Shown: in pieces, positions 18,345 through 28,556 of the stretch
Position numbering within the stretch: position 1 is the first letter of the stretch
How the letters are laid out: the number at the start of each line of letters is the position of its first letter
Virus record (IMG/VR): IMGVR_UViG_3300002988_000063
Location: 1 to 56,485 of that record
Reading direction: 5' to 3' (one strand)
DNA length: 56,485 nt
Origin: a virus
Taxonomy: Duplodnaviria; Caudoviricetes
Notes under the pieces: generated by a model
Seen by the model: the letters and a program-made list of their open reading frames with translations, nothing else
Databases searched by the model: none
What the model was told of the DNA's origin: nothing
Made by a program: the position numbers and the translations under genes

Positions 18345-19448
18345 ATGTCAATATATCTTTTTTGCAGAAAATGTAAGGTGACAAGTAAGCTCGGATCTAA
18401 AAAGTGTAAAAGCTGCGGCCAAGCCTTTCCGGCGCAAAATAAAGAATACCGTGTTATTGTTAAATTTCAAAAGCAAACAGTTTCGAAGGTTCTTGAAGGC
18501 TTGCCCTTAGCGCAGAGATTCGAAACAATGACCAAACATGAATTACAGGAAGGCCGATATTTCGAGGCTCACGCCGCGCCTATGCAATTTTCGGCGATCT
18601 TCGCAGCCTATACCGCGGGAAAGAAAAATATCATAGCCGAAAAACAGATCAGGCTTATGAACGTCAGATACGCGCTTTATATTGAAAAGGTAATAGGTAG
18701 CCTCCCGCTCGCGTCTATCAAACCTACGCATATTGAGAAACTTAAAACGGATCTATTTACGGCCACCGTGCGCGGTCATAAGCTTTCGCCTACGACGATC
18801 AATCGTGTCATCGACCTGGTATCATCCGTATTCGTCTATGCGCGTAAATTTCACGCTTTTAAAGGCGGTAATCCCTGCGAAGCGATCGAACGGCCGAAAG
18901 TAAATAACACGATCGTTCGATATTTGACGCCGGAACAAAAGAGCGCGCTCTCGAAAGTTCTCGATGAATGGTATGATAAGACAGTGGCAAATTTTTACCG
19001 CTTCCTTATTCTTACCGGATTCCGCGTCGGCGAAGCTTATAAATTGAAGTGGGCTGACGTAGATCTCGACAATGCGATAATCCGGCTTGTAAAACCTAAA
19101 ACCGGAAAGGACCAGACGCGCGTCATCTGCATCGATGCGGTTAGAGTATTGACAAATCAGCGTTCTATCGCGCCCGGGGAATTAGTTTTTCCAAGTTCTA
19201 TCACCGGAAAGCAGCTTACAACCACAAGACACTCATGGTACACGATCCGAAAGATGGCCGGCATCCCGAATAATTTCCGGATCCACGATCTCCGTCATAA
19301 TTTTGGAACCGAGTTAGCGTCCGGAGGCGTCCAGCAAACGACGATAGCGAAGTTATTAGGTCACTCGCAGACCAAAACCACAGAAAGATATGTCCACGCG
19401 ACCGACCCCGCTCAGAGGGCCGCTATTGAACTTATACGCATGAAATAA
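18345..19448 (+). CDS. int: Tyrosine integrase with N-terminal Zn-ribbon
   Basis: TGFRVGE, HDLRH, LGHS...TT.RY; N-terminal CRKC...CKSC. Confidence 0.95.
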   Translation: MSIYLFCRKCKVTSKLGSKKCKSCGQAFPAQNKEYRVIVKFQKQTVSKVLEGLPLAQRFETMTKHELQEGRYFEAHAAPMQFSAIFAAYTAGKKNIIAEKQIRLMNVRYALYIEKVIGSLPLASIKPTHIEKLKTDLFTATVRGHKLSPTTINRVIDLVSSVFVYARKFHAFKGGNPCEAIERPKVNNTIVRYLTPEQKSALSKVLDEWYDKTVANFYRFLILTGFRVGEAYKLKWADVDLDNAIIRLVKPKTGKDQTRVICIDAVRVLTNQRSIAPGELVFPSSITGKQLTTTRHSWYTIRKMAGIPNNFRIHDLRHNFGTELASGGVQQTTIAKLLGHSQTKTTERYVHATDPAQRAAIELIRMK

Positions 19449-19484
19449 AAACGCCCCGGATATTCCAACCCCCGGAGCGTTCTT
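19447..19484. terminator. Terminator between int and the late operon
   Basis: AAAAACGCCCCGG...CCGGAGCGTTCTT between convergent genes. Confidence 0.6.
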
Positions 19485-19515
19485 ATCTTGCGTACATTCA
19501 GTTTTTAAGCGGACC

Positions 19516-19578
19516 TTAGCAGCCCTTCTTGCCCATTTTCTTCATAGGCATTTTAGCCGTAGCTTTCTTTTTAGCCAT
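19516..19578 (-). CDS. 20-aa lysine-rich peptide
   Basis: MAKKKATAKMPMKKMGKKGC with AAAGGAG upstream. Confidence 0.5.
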   Translation of the reverse strand: MAKKKATAKMPMKKMGKKGC

Positions 19579-19594
19579 TGATAATCACTCTCCT

Positions 19595-20320
19595 TTATTC
19601 AAAAGTTATGAGCGCCGACGCGCTGATCTCTGCGGTATCTGCGGTAGTGGCCGCCGTTATCTTAATGTCGGATTTTGGCGACACTGTAAGCGGATAGTCA
19701 AAGATCACCGTGGCCGTATTTGAATCTACGTTAAGCCTGTTGACGGCGGCAAATGCGCTGCCGTATTCCTTTATTTTAAGTTCAAATTTCACCGGGGCGC
19801 CGACGGCCGAGACGGTCCAGCTGTTGATCGCGCCGTATTTTTTCTCAGGGACTGTGTATAACGCGCTCTGGCTCTCAATGTTACCGGCCATTATTTTAGC
19901 ATAGATCGCCGTGCCTAATCCGGCCGTGATGTTTCCTATCGACGTTTCGCCGGTCCCGAATGTCAGCGCCCTTATCTTATTTATTCGCAAATACGAATTG
20001 ACGCTCACGGCCGCCGTGGTCCCGTTCATCGTAACGCCCTCGGAGATCTCGGCGTAATTCGCATCGAGGCCCTGTATCAAAAGCGTCCGGACGCCGATGC
20101 CAGCCGCCGTATCGCTCGTGCTGCTGCTTGATATCTCTATGGTAGCCGCAGCCGCGGGGAACGTGACGCCGACGGTATCCGCGACGGGCGCAACCACTGT
20201 TGTCTGAGACGGACTGTATCCGAGGATATGCGTGGCGCTATGCTTGAAAGTCTGTGCGCTCGCGGGCATAACCGTCAAGGCAATTAATAGGATCGTGATT
20301 AAAAAAATTCTCATGTTCAC
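19595..20320 (-). CDS. Beta-rich putative virion protein with Sec signal peptide
   Basis: MRIFLITILLIALTVMPASA|Q; Thr/Ala/Ser-rich body. Confidence 0.65.
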   Translation of the reverse strand: MNMRIFLITILLIALTVMPASAQTFKHSATHILGYSPSQTTVVAPVADTVGVTFPAAAATIEISSSSTSDTAAGIGVRTLLIQGLDANYAEISEGVTMNGTTAAVSVNSYLRINKIRALTFGTGETSIGNITAGLGTAIYAKIMAGNIESQSALYTVPEKKYGAINSWTVSAVGAPVKFELKIKEYGSAFAAVNRLNVDSNTATVIFDYPLTVSPKSDIKITAATTADTAEISASALITFE

Positions 20321-20328
20321 TCCTTTGC

Positions 20329-20577
20329 TTAAATATGAAATGCGACTTTAAAAATCAACAAAATGATGATATTGACTATAGTTATCGATGCAACGAGTTT
20401 CCCGAAAGATTTGTCACCGGCTGTTTCAACGGCCTTTTTTCCGTTGATATAAGTTTGGTGATCGTCGCACATTTTTTTCTTATCTTTCCATTCCTCGGTA
20501 AGCCAGCGAACGGCAAAATGGACCTCAGCAAGTTTAACTTCGTCGCTCACCTTCCCGTCTGAGAATTCAGGTGCCAT
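20329..20577 (-). CDS. Small protein with C-terminal TM helix (holin/XhlA-like)
   Basis: LVASITIVNIIILLIF; directly follows the glucosaminidase gene. Confidence 0.5.
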   Translation of the reverse strand: MAPEFSDGKVSDEVKLAEVHFAVRWLTEEWKDKKKMCDDHQTYINGKKAVETAGDKSFGKLVASITIVNIIILLIFKVAFHI

Positions 20578-20592
20578 AAAACTGCTCCTTTC

Positions 20593-21153
20593 TTATTTTA
20601 ATGAGGTCCAGATTTTATCCATGAGCGCCTTTATACCTTCGATCCAGTCCAGGCGGCTCACGCTGTCATGGAAGTCGCCGCAGTATGAATGGCCTTCGGG
20701 TTTCTGCGGATGATCGGCGATATCAACGAGGGTCCTCTGGCCGCAGTTAACATAGGAAAGCTTTATCATCTTGCAAAAAGCCTTGATGGAATCGTTTATC
20801 GTCGGATAAGGCGCGGGCGCTCCGTCCTCGCCTTTTGGCTGGATGCCGAAAGCGTTATTGTATTCTTTGAGAAAGCGGCTCTGGCCATGTCCGGTTTCGT
20901 GGATCGCGACGGCCAGGGCGAATATCGGACTGATGCCCCATGTCTGACATTCCGCGATAAATGCGTCGCCTTTGCTTTTTAAAACATTGGTATTCGGCTC
21001 AGACGCCAAATATAACTTGATCGCCGCGATATATTCCTCGCGTAAATGTGTCCAGTTAACGTCAACTTCGAACTCGTTTCTCCTGGCGTATAATTTCTTT
21101 GCGCGTATCGGGTCCCTGTCTTTCACCGCTCCCCATTTGCCTCTTGTTACCAT
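20593..21153 (-). CDS. Glucosaminidase-family (GH73-like) peptidoglycan hydrolase, probable endolysin
   Basis: GISPIFALAVAIHETG.G.S....NNAFGI. Confidence 0.8.
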   Translation of the reverse strand: MVTRGKWGAVKDRDPIRAKKLYARRNEFEVDVNWTHLREEYIAAIKLYLASEPNTNVLKSKGDAFIAECQTWGISPIFALAVAIHETGHGQSRFLKEYNNAFGIQPKGEDGAPAPYPTINDSIKAFCKMIKLSYVNCGQRTLVDIADHPQKPEGHSYCGDFHDSVSRLDWIEGIKALMDKIWTSLK

Positions 21154-21201
21154 GTGTTTTCCTCCTCAATCGTTTTGATCTTTTAAATTATTTGCCTCCC
21201 C

Positions 21202-24200
21202 TTATTTATTGAACTCTTTGAATTTCTTTAATATGTCCGCTCTTTCCTGCTTTGTTTTTGCGTATTTTAAAGCCTTCCTCAGATTCTCCTTTTCCATGTT
21301 TGATTTACCCGCTTTCTGTGCCTGGAACTCGCGGAGATTCCGCGATACAGTGCCGCCGTTTATTCTCAATCCTTCAGCCTTGGCACGGTCAATAAATTCT
21401 TTTTTGATCGCTGTTATATCTTCGCCGGTCTGCTTTGCCTCGAATATCCTTGACGCCAGTTCTCTTGAAAGCTCAACGCTCTGGGCGTCTTTTTGTTTAA
21501 GGTTCGAGTCTGCCTCCGGAGCTTCGGCGCCGGATCTGATAAACTTGCCGAACAAAGCTTTTACCGCTGTTTCAAGTGGAGTATTTCGCACGGCGTTCGG
21601 GCTGTTCGCGTCTACGTTCATTCTGTATATGCTGCCGAAAAGATAATTATTCCAAAGGTTCTTGGCCATAGCCTCGGCCTTTATTTTGCCGCCGGAATCC
21701 CACTGCGTCTGCGACATAATCGGTTTTCCTGTCATGGTATTTTGTGGCGGAGTTTCGCCAGGATAATCGACGGCCATTCCAACAACGCCCATCATAGGGT
21801 TAAGGCTTGGAAGCTCATTCATTATTCCCGCGAACATACGCGATGCCACATCAGGCTTTTGTGATACCGCCGATCGCATGACCTTTATAAAAGGCTTTAA
21901 CGACTGTGGCATTGGTATTGTAAAATATTCAATTTCGCCGTTATCCTTCGTAAACAGTGGAAATGCGATATAGTTTTCTTTATCCCATTTCTTCATCTTG
22001 GAATAATCTTTTTTTGTGTCCTTGCCGAATGCACCATTTTCAGCCAATGCGGTGGCGGCCGCCATGGCAAATGGAACCGCCGCGGCTGTCAAAAATCCAA
22101 GCTTATCTTTTTTGTAAAAATACCAATCGGCGCGATATCCTTCCTTCGCGGCATTCAGAAACATCAGTATATTATTCGCGACGATCTTACCAGTGCCGCC
22201 GCCACGAACTGCGAACGCCGGAGAGCCTAAGCGTCTTATCATATTGACCTTTTCCGCTTCGGAGTATTCCGGAAGTTTATCCAGGACACGTTTGGCCGCG
22301 ACCTTGTTTATGTTCTCAATGGCATGGCCAAAATCTTTTATTTCCTCGCCAACATGGCCGATTATTCCACCGCCACCGCGCGCGTCTTCAACGTAAGTCT
22401 GTATCAGACGCTCGGCAACTGGTATGCCAGCCTCACCGGCGTAACGGCTTTCTTTCGACGATAAGAGCGCGCCTTTCGCATTATTGGAAGCAATGTCTTT
22501 TTCGAACTGAGTATCATGCAGATCTTTGCCGAAAAGAGATTTCGAAATATCGTTCACAAATGGAGTATATGACGCGACCACCTGCGGAAGCAATTTCGCC
22601 TGTTCAACGCCGAGCCTTAATTTGTTTTTGAATCCGGGCATCTGGATAAGCGCCGTCATTATGTCGCGCGGCAAGTTTGACGTTAGCTGCCATATCGGGT
22701 TATATTCTATCCAGGCGGCGCGGAATATCTGCGTGCCTTGATTCCAGAAACGAAGCGCGGAGCCTAATTGTCCGTTCTGGCCAGACGCTTCACGGAACGC
22801 CCAGGTAACTTCTTTCGGAACATAATAACCCTGTGTCTCGCCGTTTTCGCGAAAGGTTATCAGCTCCAAATTAGAACCGGGTGCCGCGTCTTTATAAGTT
22901 TTGAAATTAATTGAAATTTTGTTTCCGGAAGCCGTGTCGTATTCTTTCACATATTGTTTATCAACTTCCGCCGGCTGAATGTCCGACTTAGCGAAACTGC
23001 GCATGGCGTCAACCGTCTGCATCTTCGCGTAATTTATTTTATTCGCCGCCAATAAAGAAAGATCCTTTTTCATCGTCATGGCTATCGGGTCATCGATGGC
23101 CTTTGAAGTTCCCTGCTGAACCTTTATCGAACCGGTCGGCCCGTACTCGATTGAGCCAGGTCCCGCGCCGTAATAATCGCCGACCATGAATGTCGTATAG
23201 TCAGGATTGTTAGCCGCGAAGTCTGCGAGGTCTCCGGCCTGTCCGCCTTTTCTCTCAAGCTCATCAATAACGAATTTCTTTCGGGTCTCGAACCAGTTCT
23301 GTAAAGACTTTTCAAGCACTGCCATTTTGTCCGGAGGAACGCTATCTAAAAATGATTGAGCCTCTTTTATTGTGAAAGGGTTTTTGATGTTCGAACGCTC
23401 GCCGACAATGCGCTTCATGGTCGCGGTATTGCGAAGATCGGCGTATGAAAGACCATCGATTTTAAGCGGGTCGATGACGTTTTTACTCACTTCGTTCATA
23501 TAGCCCTGCGCGTATGACGGCAGATAAAATATGTCCTCTAAATGTTTCTGTAAATGTTCAGACGCTTTTCCGACGAGCTTCCCGGCGCCTACGACCCTGT
23601 CATAGATCGGCGTGAATACATCTACGAACTCGCGGCGTATCATCGCACCTGTCGATTCTGCGCGGTTCTTTGATTCCTGTTTGATGGACTGCTCTTTTTT
23701 CCCAACAGTATCAAACATCGCGTTTGCTTTGGACGCGACAGCAGGATCTCCGACGGTCGATTGTCTGTCGAGTTCATAATCGTTCTTGCCGAATAATTTC
23801 TCATATGCGTTCTGGAGAGTTCCCGCGCCGAACGCTCCAATTTTTGGTGTTGGTTCTACGGCAACTGGTTTCGTTTTTATCTCCGGAGAAATAGCAGTTT
23901 CCCGACCCGTGGCGACGTTCTCCGGAGCGCTCCCGAGTGTTTGCTCGTTCTTGATTTCCGGAGGCGTTATAATCGCGTTCTGTGTGTTCGGGGTTTCGGC
24001 AGGCTGCTCGCTCGGTTTATATCCGAATTTTTGTAAAGATAAAGCGTCGTTCTTCGCTTTCAATGCGGCACGATCGACGCTTATGTCTTCACCGGCCATT
24101 TGTCTTTTAGCCAGGGCGTATGCTTCGGCTTTTATTTCCGGTGTCTGCGGTTCGACTCTGCCGCTGTCGTCCAGGACAAGCGCGGAAAGTTTTCCCGTCT

Positions 24201-25353
24201 GCGCGCTTTTTATCAATGGATTCGCAATAACTTTAGCGGTATGCGTTCCCATTAATCCGGACATAAGAAGATCTGTAACACCTTCTATCGGAGCTTCCAT
24301 AAATCGTTTTATCGTCTCGGGATTCTGCGATAACAGGCCCCATGTCGTTTTCAAGCCTTCCCATGGAATACCAAGATATATTTCTTTCGCGGTTTGCGGT
24401 AATTCGCTTTCTCCAATGACGGATTTGAATTTCTCCGTGAACTGGTCGAACGGAATAGCATCGGGATATTTCGCTTTGAATTCGTCAGGGCTTAATCTTT
24501 TACTGTCGTATAAAAACTTATTCGTCATGGCCTTTTCAACGGCCTCGGGGTATTTGGTATTAAATGTTTTCCCGTCCGCCGTTTTAACGGGGACCAGCGG
24601 GCGTGAGGCTGTCGGTCCGACGATCTGCTGTGTAACGTCTTCGTCCGTTATGTTTTTATTCTCCCATTCGTTTTTAACTTTGCTCTTAAAAAACGCGCTT
24701 AAAGCCGAAACTGTATCAGATATTTCATTTGCTGATTGGTTGAAGTTTTGCGCGGCTTCCGGACTTATCGCGCCGACTTCGCGAAGGCCGACGGCTGGTA
24801 TCTTTATTCCTTCGGTCCCAAGCCGCGTGAGGTATTCGGGAAGCATCGAAGCGACGTTTGCGAGAGCCGCCGGCGCATTATTGGCGGCAGTCTCGGCGAG
24901 CTTTAACGTCGGTGAATTATCGATGATCTTGTTGGCGTTCGCGGATGCGTTGTCGATAAGATTATTTGCGTCTGCCGAAATATCAACAGGCGTCGGAGCT
25001 ATTATTAAAGGCTGCGTTTGTGGAACTGCCGGGCCGTCCGTCGGCTGTGGAGACTGCGGCATATAGTTCGTCTGCGCGACTCCGCTCTCTCCGGAGAAGT
25101 CGTTAGACGGCGGAGCGGGTGCGCCTGGCAATAAGTTCGCCAAAAAATCAGGCACGGCGTTTGCAATGCTCTGCGACATTGTAAAATCCGGCTTTATGAC
25201 GGGCGCGGATTTATCTATGGTTTCCGCCGGCGCAGGTGGTTCTTCATCCCACGTTATATTTGGTTTCTTAACCTCGTCATCCCAAACGATGGTTGGAGCC
25301 GACTCTTTTGGAGTTTCGTCATCCCAAGTTATATTCGCCATTATTTCATCCAT
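21202..25353 (-). CDS. Large internal virion (ejection) protein
   Basis: 1383 aa; N-terminal ITWDDE-type repeats; position after the tail genes as in podoviruses. Confidence 0.7.
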   Translation of the reverse strand: MDEIMANITWDDETPKESAPTIVWDDEVKKPNITWDEEPPAPAETIDKSAPVIKPDFTMSQSIANAVPDFLANLLPGAPAPPSNDFSGESGVAQTNYMPQSPQPTDGPAVPQTQPLIIAPTPVDISADANNLIDNASANANKIIDNSPTLKLAETAANNAPAALANVASMLPEYLTRLGTEGIKIPAVGLREVGAISPEAAQNFNQSANEISDTVSALSAFFKSKVKNEWENKNITDEDVTQQIVGPTASRPLVPVKTADGKTFNTKYPEAVEKAMTNKFLYDSKRLSPDEFKAKYPDAIPFDQFTEKFKSVIGESELPQTAKEIYLGIPWEGLKTTWGLLSQNPETIKRFMEAPIEGVTDLLMSGLMGTHTAKVIANPLIKSAQTGKLSALVLDDSGRVEPQTPEIKAEAYALAKRQMAGEDISVDRAALKAKNDALSLQKFGYKPSEQPAETPNTQNAIITPPEIKNEQTLGSAPENVATGRETAISPEIKTKPVAVEPTPKIGAFGAGTLQNAYEKLFGKNDYELDRQSTVGDPAVASKANAMFDTVGKKEQSIKQESKNRAESTGAMIRREFVDVFTPIYDRVVGAGKLVGKASEHLQKHLEDIFYLPSYAQGYMNEVSKNVIDPLKIDGLSYADLRNTATMKRIVGERSNIKNPFTIKEAQSFLDSVPPDKMAVLEKSLQNWFETRKKFVIDELERKGGQAGDLADFAANNPDYTTFMVGDYYGAGPGSIEYGPTGSIKVQQGTSKAIDDPIAMTMKKDLSLLAANKINYAKMQTVDAMRSFAKSDIQPAEVDKQYVKEYDTASGNKISINFKTYKDAAPGSNLELITFRENGETQGYYVPKEVTWAFREASGQNGQLGSALRFWNQGTQIFRAAWIEYNPIWQLTSNLPRDIMTALIQMPGFKNKLRLGVEQAKLLPQVVASYTPFVNDISKSLFGKDLHDTQFEKDIASNNAKGALLSSKESRYAGEAGIPVAERLIQTYVEDARGGGGIIGHVGEEIKDFGHAIENINKVAAKRVLDKLPEYSEAEKVNMIRRLGSPAFAVRGGGTGKIVANNILMFLNAAKEGYRADWYFYKKDKLGFLTAAAVPFAMAAATALAENGAFGKDTKKDYSKMKKWDKENYIAFPLFTKDNGEIEYFTIPMPQSLKPFIKVMRSAVSQKPDVASRMFAGIMNELPSLNPMMGVVGMAVDYPGETPPQNTMTGKPIMSQTQWDSGGKIKAEAMAKNLWNNYLFGSIYRMNVDANSPNAVRNTPLETAVKALFGKFIRSGAEAPEADSNLKQKDAQSVELSRELASRIFEAKQTGEDITAIKKEFIDRAKAEGLRINGGTVSRNLREFQAQKAGKSNMEKENLRKALKYAKTKQERADILKKFKEFNK

Positions 25354-26603
25354 CCTTTGCGGCCGTTTGCATCAATAATTCTACGGCCTAATTTTGGATC
25401 GGTTTCACCAGTAAACGTTATTCCATTATTAGCCGGAGCCTGGGCAGGCGGTGGAGCCGGAATAGTAGCGGGCTGCGTTGGCTTGGGTGTTGCCGTCGGA
25501 GCTGTCGCATTCGAACCGCTTTCAACCAACTTTTCAGCGTTTGACGATCCAACTCTTTTTTCACGCTGTTCAATAAGATCGTGATTTGTGAGTTTCAAAT
25601 CGTTGATTTCCTTATCGATATTATCGATGGCTTCCTGATCTGCGAAGTCCTGCGTCGCTTTCAATTTCATATCTTTAAGTTTATCAATTCTATTGCGATT
25701 AACTTTAATGGTATCTTCATCGAACTTGGCCACGGCTTTCGGGTCGCCTATTTTCGCAAGCAGACCACGAACTACGAACTGCTTTTCGCCGACCTTTGCA
25801 TTCAAATTAGCGGCGAACTGATAAGCATTCGCGGTGTATGCGTCGTTATAGTTTTTATATTTGCCGGCGGCGACGTCTTCCTTGGCTTTAGTGTCGACCA
25901 GGGCGACGCTCGAATCATCATAAAGCTGGCTTGCGGAACTTCCGGCCGCGCTGTGTTTTCCTGAACGCCCGCCCATTCTCGCCATTATAGCCTGTTGACG
26001 CAGCTCGTCCATCTGTATTTTCCTGTCAAGATCCTGCTGCTTCATATCAAGTTCGGTCTCGCGGCGGTCGCGATCAAATATCGTCTGCGGATTCTGCTCA
26101 TTCGCGTTAATGTCGAACTCTTTCTGCCACTGATACATATCTTTCTGTTCGGCCAGTTTTTGCTGGGCGCTCTGGTCCTGTCCGGCGATCTCTTCGTTTT
26201 TAGCATTGAGATTATTAAGCGCCTGCAGGAAGTTTCCGAAGCCGGCCGCGATTCCGGAACCGCTATGAGCCGTCGCGTTTATTGGTTCATTCATTACTGC
26301 AGTCCTTAACGGCTGGCGCCCTGGAACCTGTGCGCCGAAATCCGTTTTTCTCAATTCAATCGGTGTCTGGACAGGCGCGGGAGCTGCAGCAGCCGAAGGC
26401 GCGAAACGCTTCATCAGTATATTTTTTATCATTGTCGCCTGGTCTGCCACGCTCGAAGGCGGAGCGCCGGAGACGTTCGGATTCGGTAATTGAAGATTCG
26501 GAACCTGCTGAGTATTATCCGCCGGCTGACCGCCAAACATAGATGAAAGGTCAAGATTAATTCCGGTACGCCTTAAAATGTCCTGTAAAAAATTATTGTC
26601 CAT
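25341..26603 (-). CDS. Internal virion (ejection) protein
   Basis: Q/A-rich helical protein, GIAAGFGNFLQA segment, synteny. Confidence 0.6.
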   Translation of the reverse strand: MDNNFLQDILRRTGINLDLSSMFGGQPADNTQQVPNLQLPNPNVSGAPPSSVADQATMIKNILMKRFAPSAAAAPAPVQTPIELRKTDFGAQVPGRQPLRTAVMNEPINATAHSGSGIAAGFGNFLQALNNLNAKNEEIAGQDQSAQQKLAEQKDMYQWQKEFDINANEQNPQTIFDRDRRETELDMKQQDLDRKIQMDELRQQAIMARMGGRSGKHSAAGSSASQLYDDSSVALVDTKAKEDVAAGKYKNYNDAYTANAYQFAANLNAKVGEKQFVVRGLLAKIGDPKAVAKFDEDTIKVNRNRIDKLKDMKLKATQDFADQEAIDNIDKEINDLKLTNHDLIEQREKRVGSSNAEKLVESGSNATAPTATPKPTQPATIPAPPPAQAPANNGITFTGETDPKLGRRIIDANGRKGWMK

Positions 26604-26620
26604 TCTCGTACTCCTTCCTC

Positions 26621-28549
26621 TTATGACGGTATGTTTTTAGACATTGAATAGTTTTTAGAATTGTTGTAAGTGCTGACCACGCTCGGCGTCGGCAGTGTGT
26701 AGGTCGGCACGGTATATGTCGAAGGCTGATAGGTCGTTGAAGCCGTTCCGGTCGAATTGCCTTTTGAATTGAAATAATTCAACGCGCCCGAAAGCGTACC
26801 GCTCACAAGGCTCTGCTTATCTTTAGCGGCGGCCGTCTCTGCTTTAAACGCATCGGAAAGCGCGTTCGCCTGTATCTGCTGAGGTCCGCTTTGCGACGAA
26901 TATAGCGAAAGAATATTATTGAAAATGTTCTGGAGCTGATTTCTCTGATCGGTCTCGTAGGCAGTTTTCAAATTCATATTCGTCAACTGGCGATCGGTGT
27001 TCGTCTTGGCCATATTGTTAAGCGCATCGAGGACGCTCATCTGTGCGGTCTGGCCAGCGACGCCTGCGCCTGCTATGTCGTTCGCAATGTTCGCCTGCGT
27101 CGTAGCGGTATTATTCGCAAGATTGGTGAGATTATTAAACGCCTGCGCGCTCTGATCCGTTCCCTGCTGCTGAAGCGTACCTGCCGCCGTGGTTGCCTGT
27201 AACTGCTGATTGGCGAGGCCTGTTTCATTATTCATTGCGTTCGTGATAATATCCGTTATAAGTGATTCGGCGTCGGCTGCGGATCTCGCGCCGATAACTC
27301 CTAAATTTCTGTCCAGGTCGCGGTTCAATCCGGCGTTCGTGCTATTCACTATGGTCTGCGAGTTGCCCATGCGCGTGGCGATATCGGCGGCATTCTTCGC
27401 CGTGGCTTCTTCGGTTCTTGCGATCAGAGGATCCGAAGCGGCTTTATATAAATTAGCGCGGTAGTCTGCGCCGTTATTTGAAACCGCGTCAGACATGCGT
27501 TTCATAACGACTTGACGCACTGCCTGCTGACCCGCCGACGGTCCGCCGGCTTCCTCGATCTTCTTGACGTAGGGATTATTCTTTAACTCAGTCGCGGTTT
27601 TCTCAAGCGCCGCCATATATTCTTTTTGCTTCGTCGGATCCGCCGCCTGCTTCAATATGGCCACGGCTTCGTCGATGGTCTTTATGGCGGGGTTCTCGTT
27701 CATCAGCTTCGTAAGCTGCTCTTTGACGAGCTTTTCTTCTTCCGGCGCCTTCACCTGCGGATAAGGCGTGGTCTGGACGCCTTCTTTATCAATGGTTTTT
27801 GAGTATTTGAAATTCGCGCCTTCGGGATAAGAAACTGTGCCCGTCTTTTCGTCGGGTTTAAACTGCGTCGTGAATTCCTTTTCAACGTCGTTTATGTCAT
27901 AGCCCTGCGATATAAGGTTCTGTTTCATGGCTTCCATTTTCTGCGACGTTTTCAACATATTATATGTCAGCGGGTCGGCCATGTAATTATCTTTCGCCCA
28001 CTGTAACATCTGCTGATTTTCAGGCGTGTAAAGGTTATCTTTTTCGAGGCGCATCTTAATATAATCCGCGCCGTTGTTTATAGGATTTTTCGCATCTTTG
28101 CCGATACCCTTATCGGCGTAGTCTTTCCAGTCGTTGCCGTATTTGCTTATGAGCTGGAAAAACTCTTTTGACTTCGGAGTGTCGGCGACGATCTTTAATG
28201 CCTGGTCAGCGTTCGGCAGTTTCGCGCCGGGTGTGTTCGCAGCGTTTGTAACGGCCAAACTATCATACGGGACGCCCTGATTATTATATTTCGCCTTGAC
28301 GTAATCCTCGGGCGTGTAGTTCGTGCGCTTGTCGATCTCGGTATTCGTATAATCGGTTATGGCCGATTTCATCTCGTCGTAATTCAGACCCATGGCTTTT
28401 GACAATGACAATAAAAGCGGGTCCATCTGTCTCTGTAGATCTGTTTTCATCTGCTCTGCGGTAGGCGCGCTCGGGGCGTCTCCGGACATAAACGATGATA
28501 AAAGTGGTCCAGCTATGGCTGATATAAGGCCTAAGTCCATAATATCCAC
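26621..28549 (-). CDS. Internal virion / DNA pilot-like protein
   Basis: N-terminal LGLISAIAGPLLSS; A/N/Q/T-rich C-terminal half. Confidence 0.6.
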   Translation of the reverse strand: MDIMDLGLISAIAGPLLSSFMSGDAPSAPTAEQMKTDLQRQMDPLLLSLSKAMGLNYDEMKSAITDYTNTEIDKRTNYTPEDYVKAKYNNQGVPYDSLAVTNAANTPGAKLPNADQALKIVADTPKSKEFFQLISKYGNDWKDYADKGIGKDAKNPINNGADYIKMRLEKDNLYTPENQQMLQWAKDNYMADPLTYNMLKTSQKMEAMKQNLISQGYDINDVEKEFTTQFKPDEKTGTVSYPEGANFKYSKTIDKEGVQTTPYPQVKAPEEEKLVKEQLTKLMNENPAIKTIDEAVAILKQAADPTKQKEYMAALEKTATELKNNPYVKKIEEAGGPSAGQQAVRQVVMKRMSDAVSNNGADYRANLYKAASDPLIARTEEATAKNAADIATRMGNSQTIVNSTNAGLNRDLDRNLGVIGARSAADAESLITDIITNAMNNETGLANQQLQATTAAGTLQQQGTDQSAQAFNNLTNLANNTATTQANIANDIAGAGVAGQTAQMSVLDALNNMAKTNTDRQLTNMNLKTAYETDQRNQLQNIFNNILSLYSSQSGPQQIQANALSDAFKAETAAAKDKQSLVSGTLSGALNYFNSKGNSTGTASTTYQPSTYTVPTYTLPTPSVVSTYNNSKNYSMSKNIPS

Positions 28550-28556
28550 TCCCTTA

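Noticed and set aside
23786-25066. 426-aa plus-strand ORF, and many smaller antisense ORFs across 19.5-45 kb
   Set aside because: They shadow well-supported minus-strand phage genes, have biased composition and show no motifs.
26621-28549. Signal peptide on the pilot-like ejection protein
   Set aside because: The N-terminus is acidic and only moderately hydrophobic, which is normal for ejection proteins.
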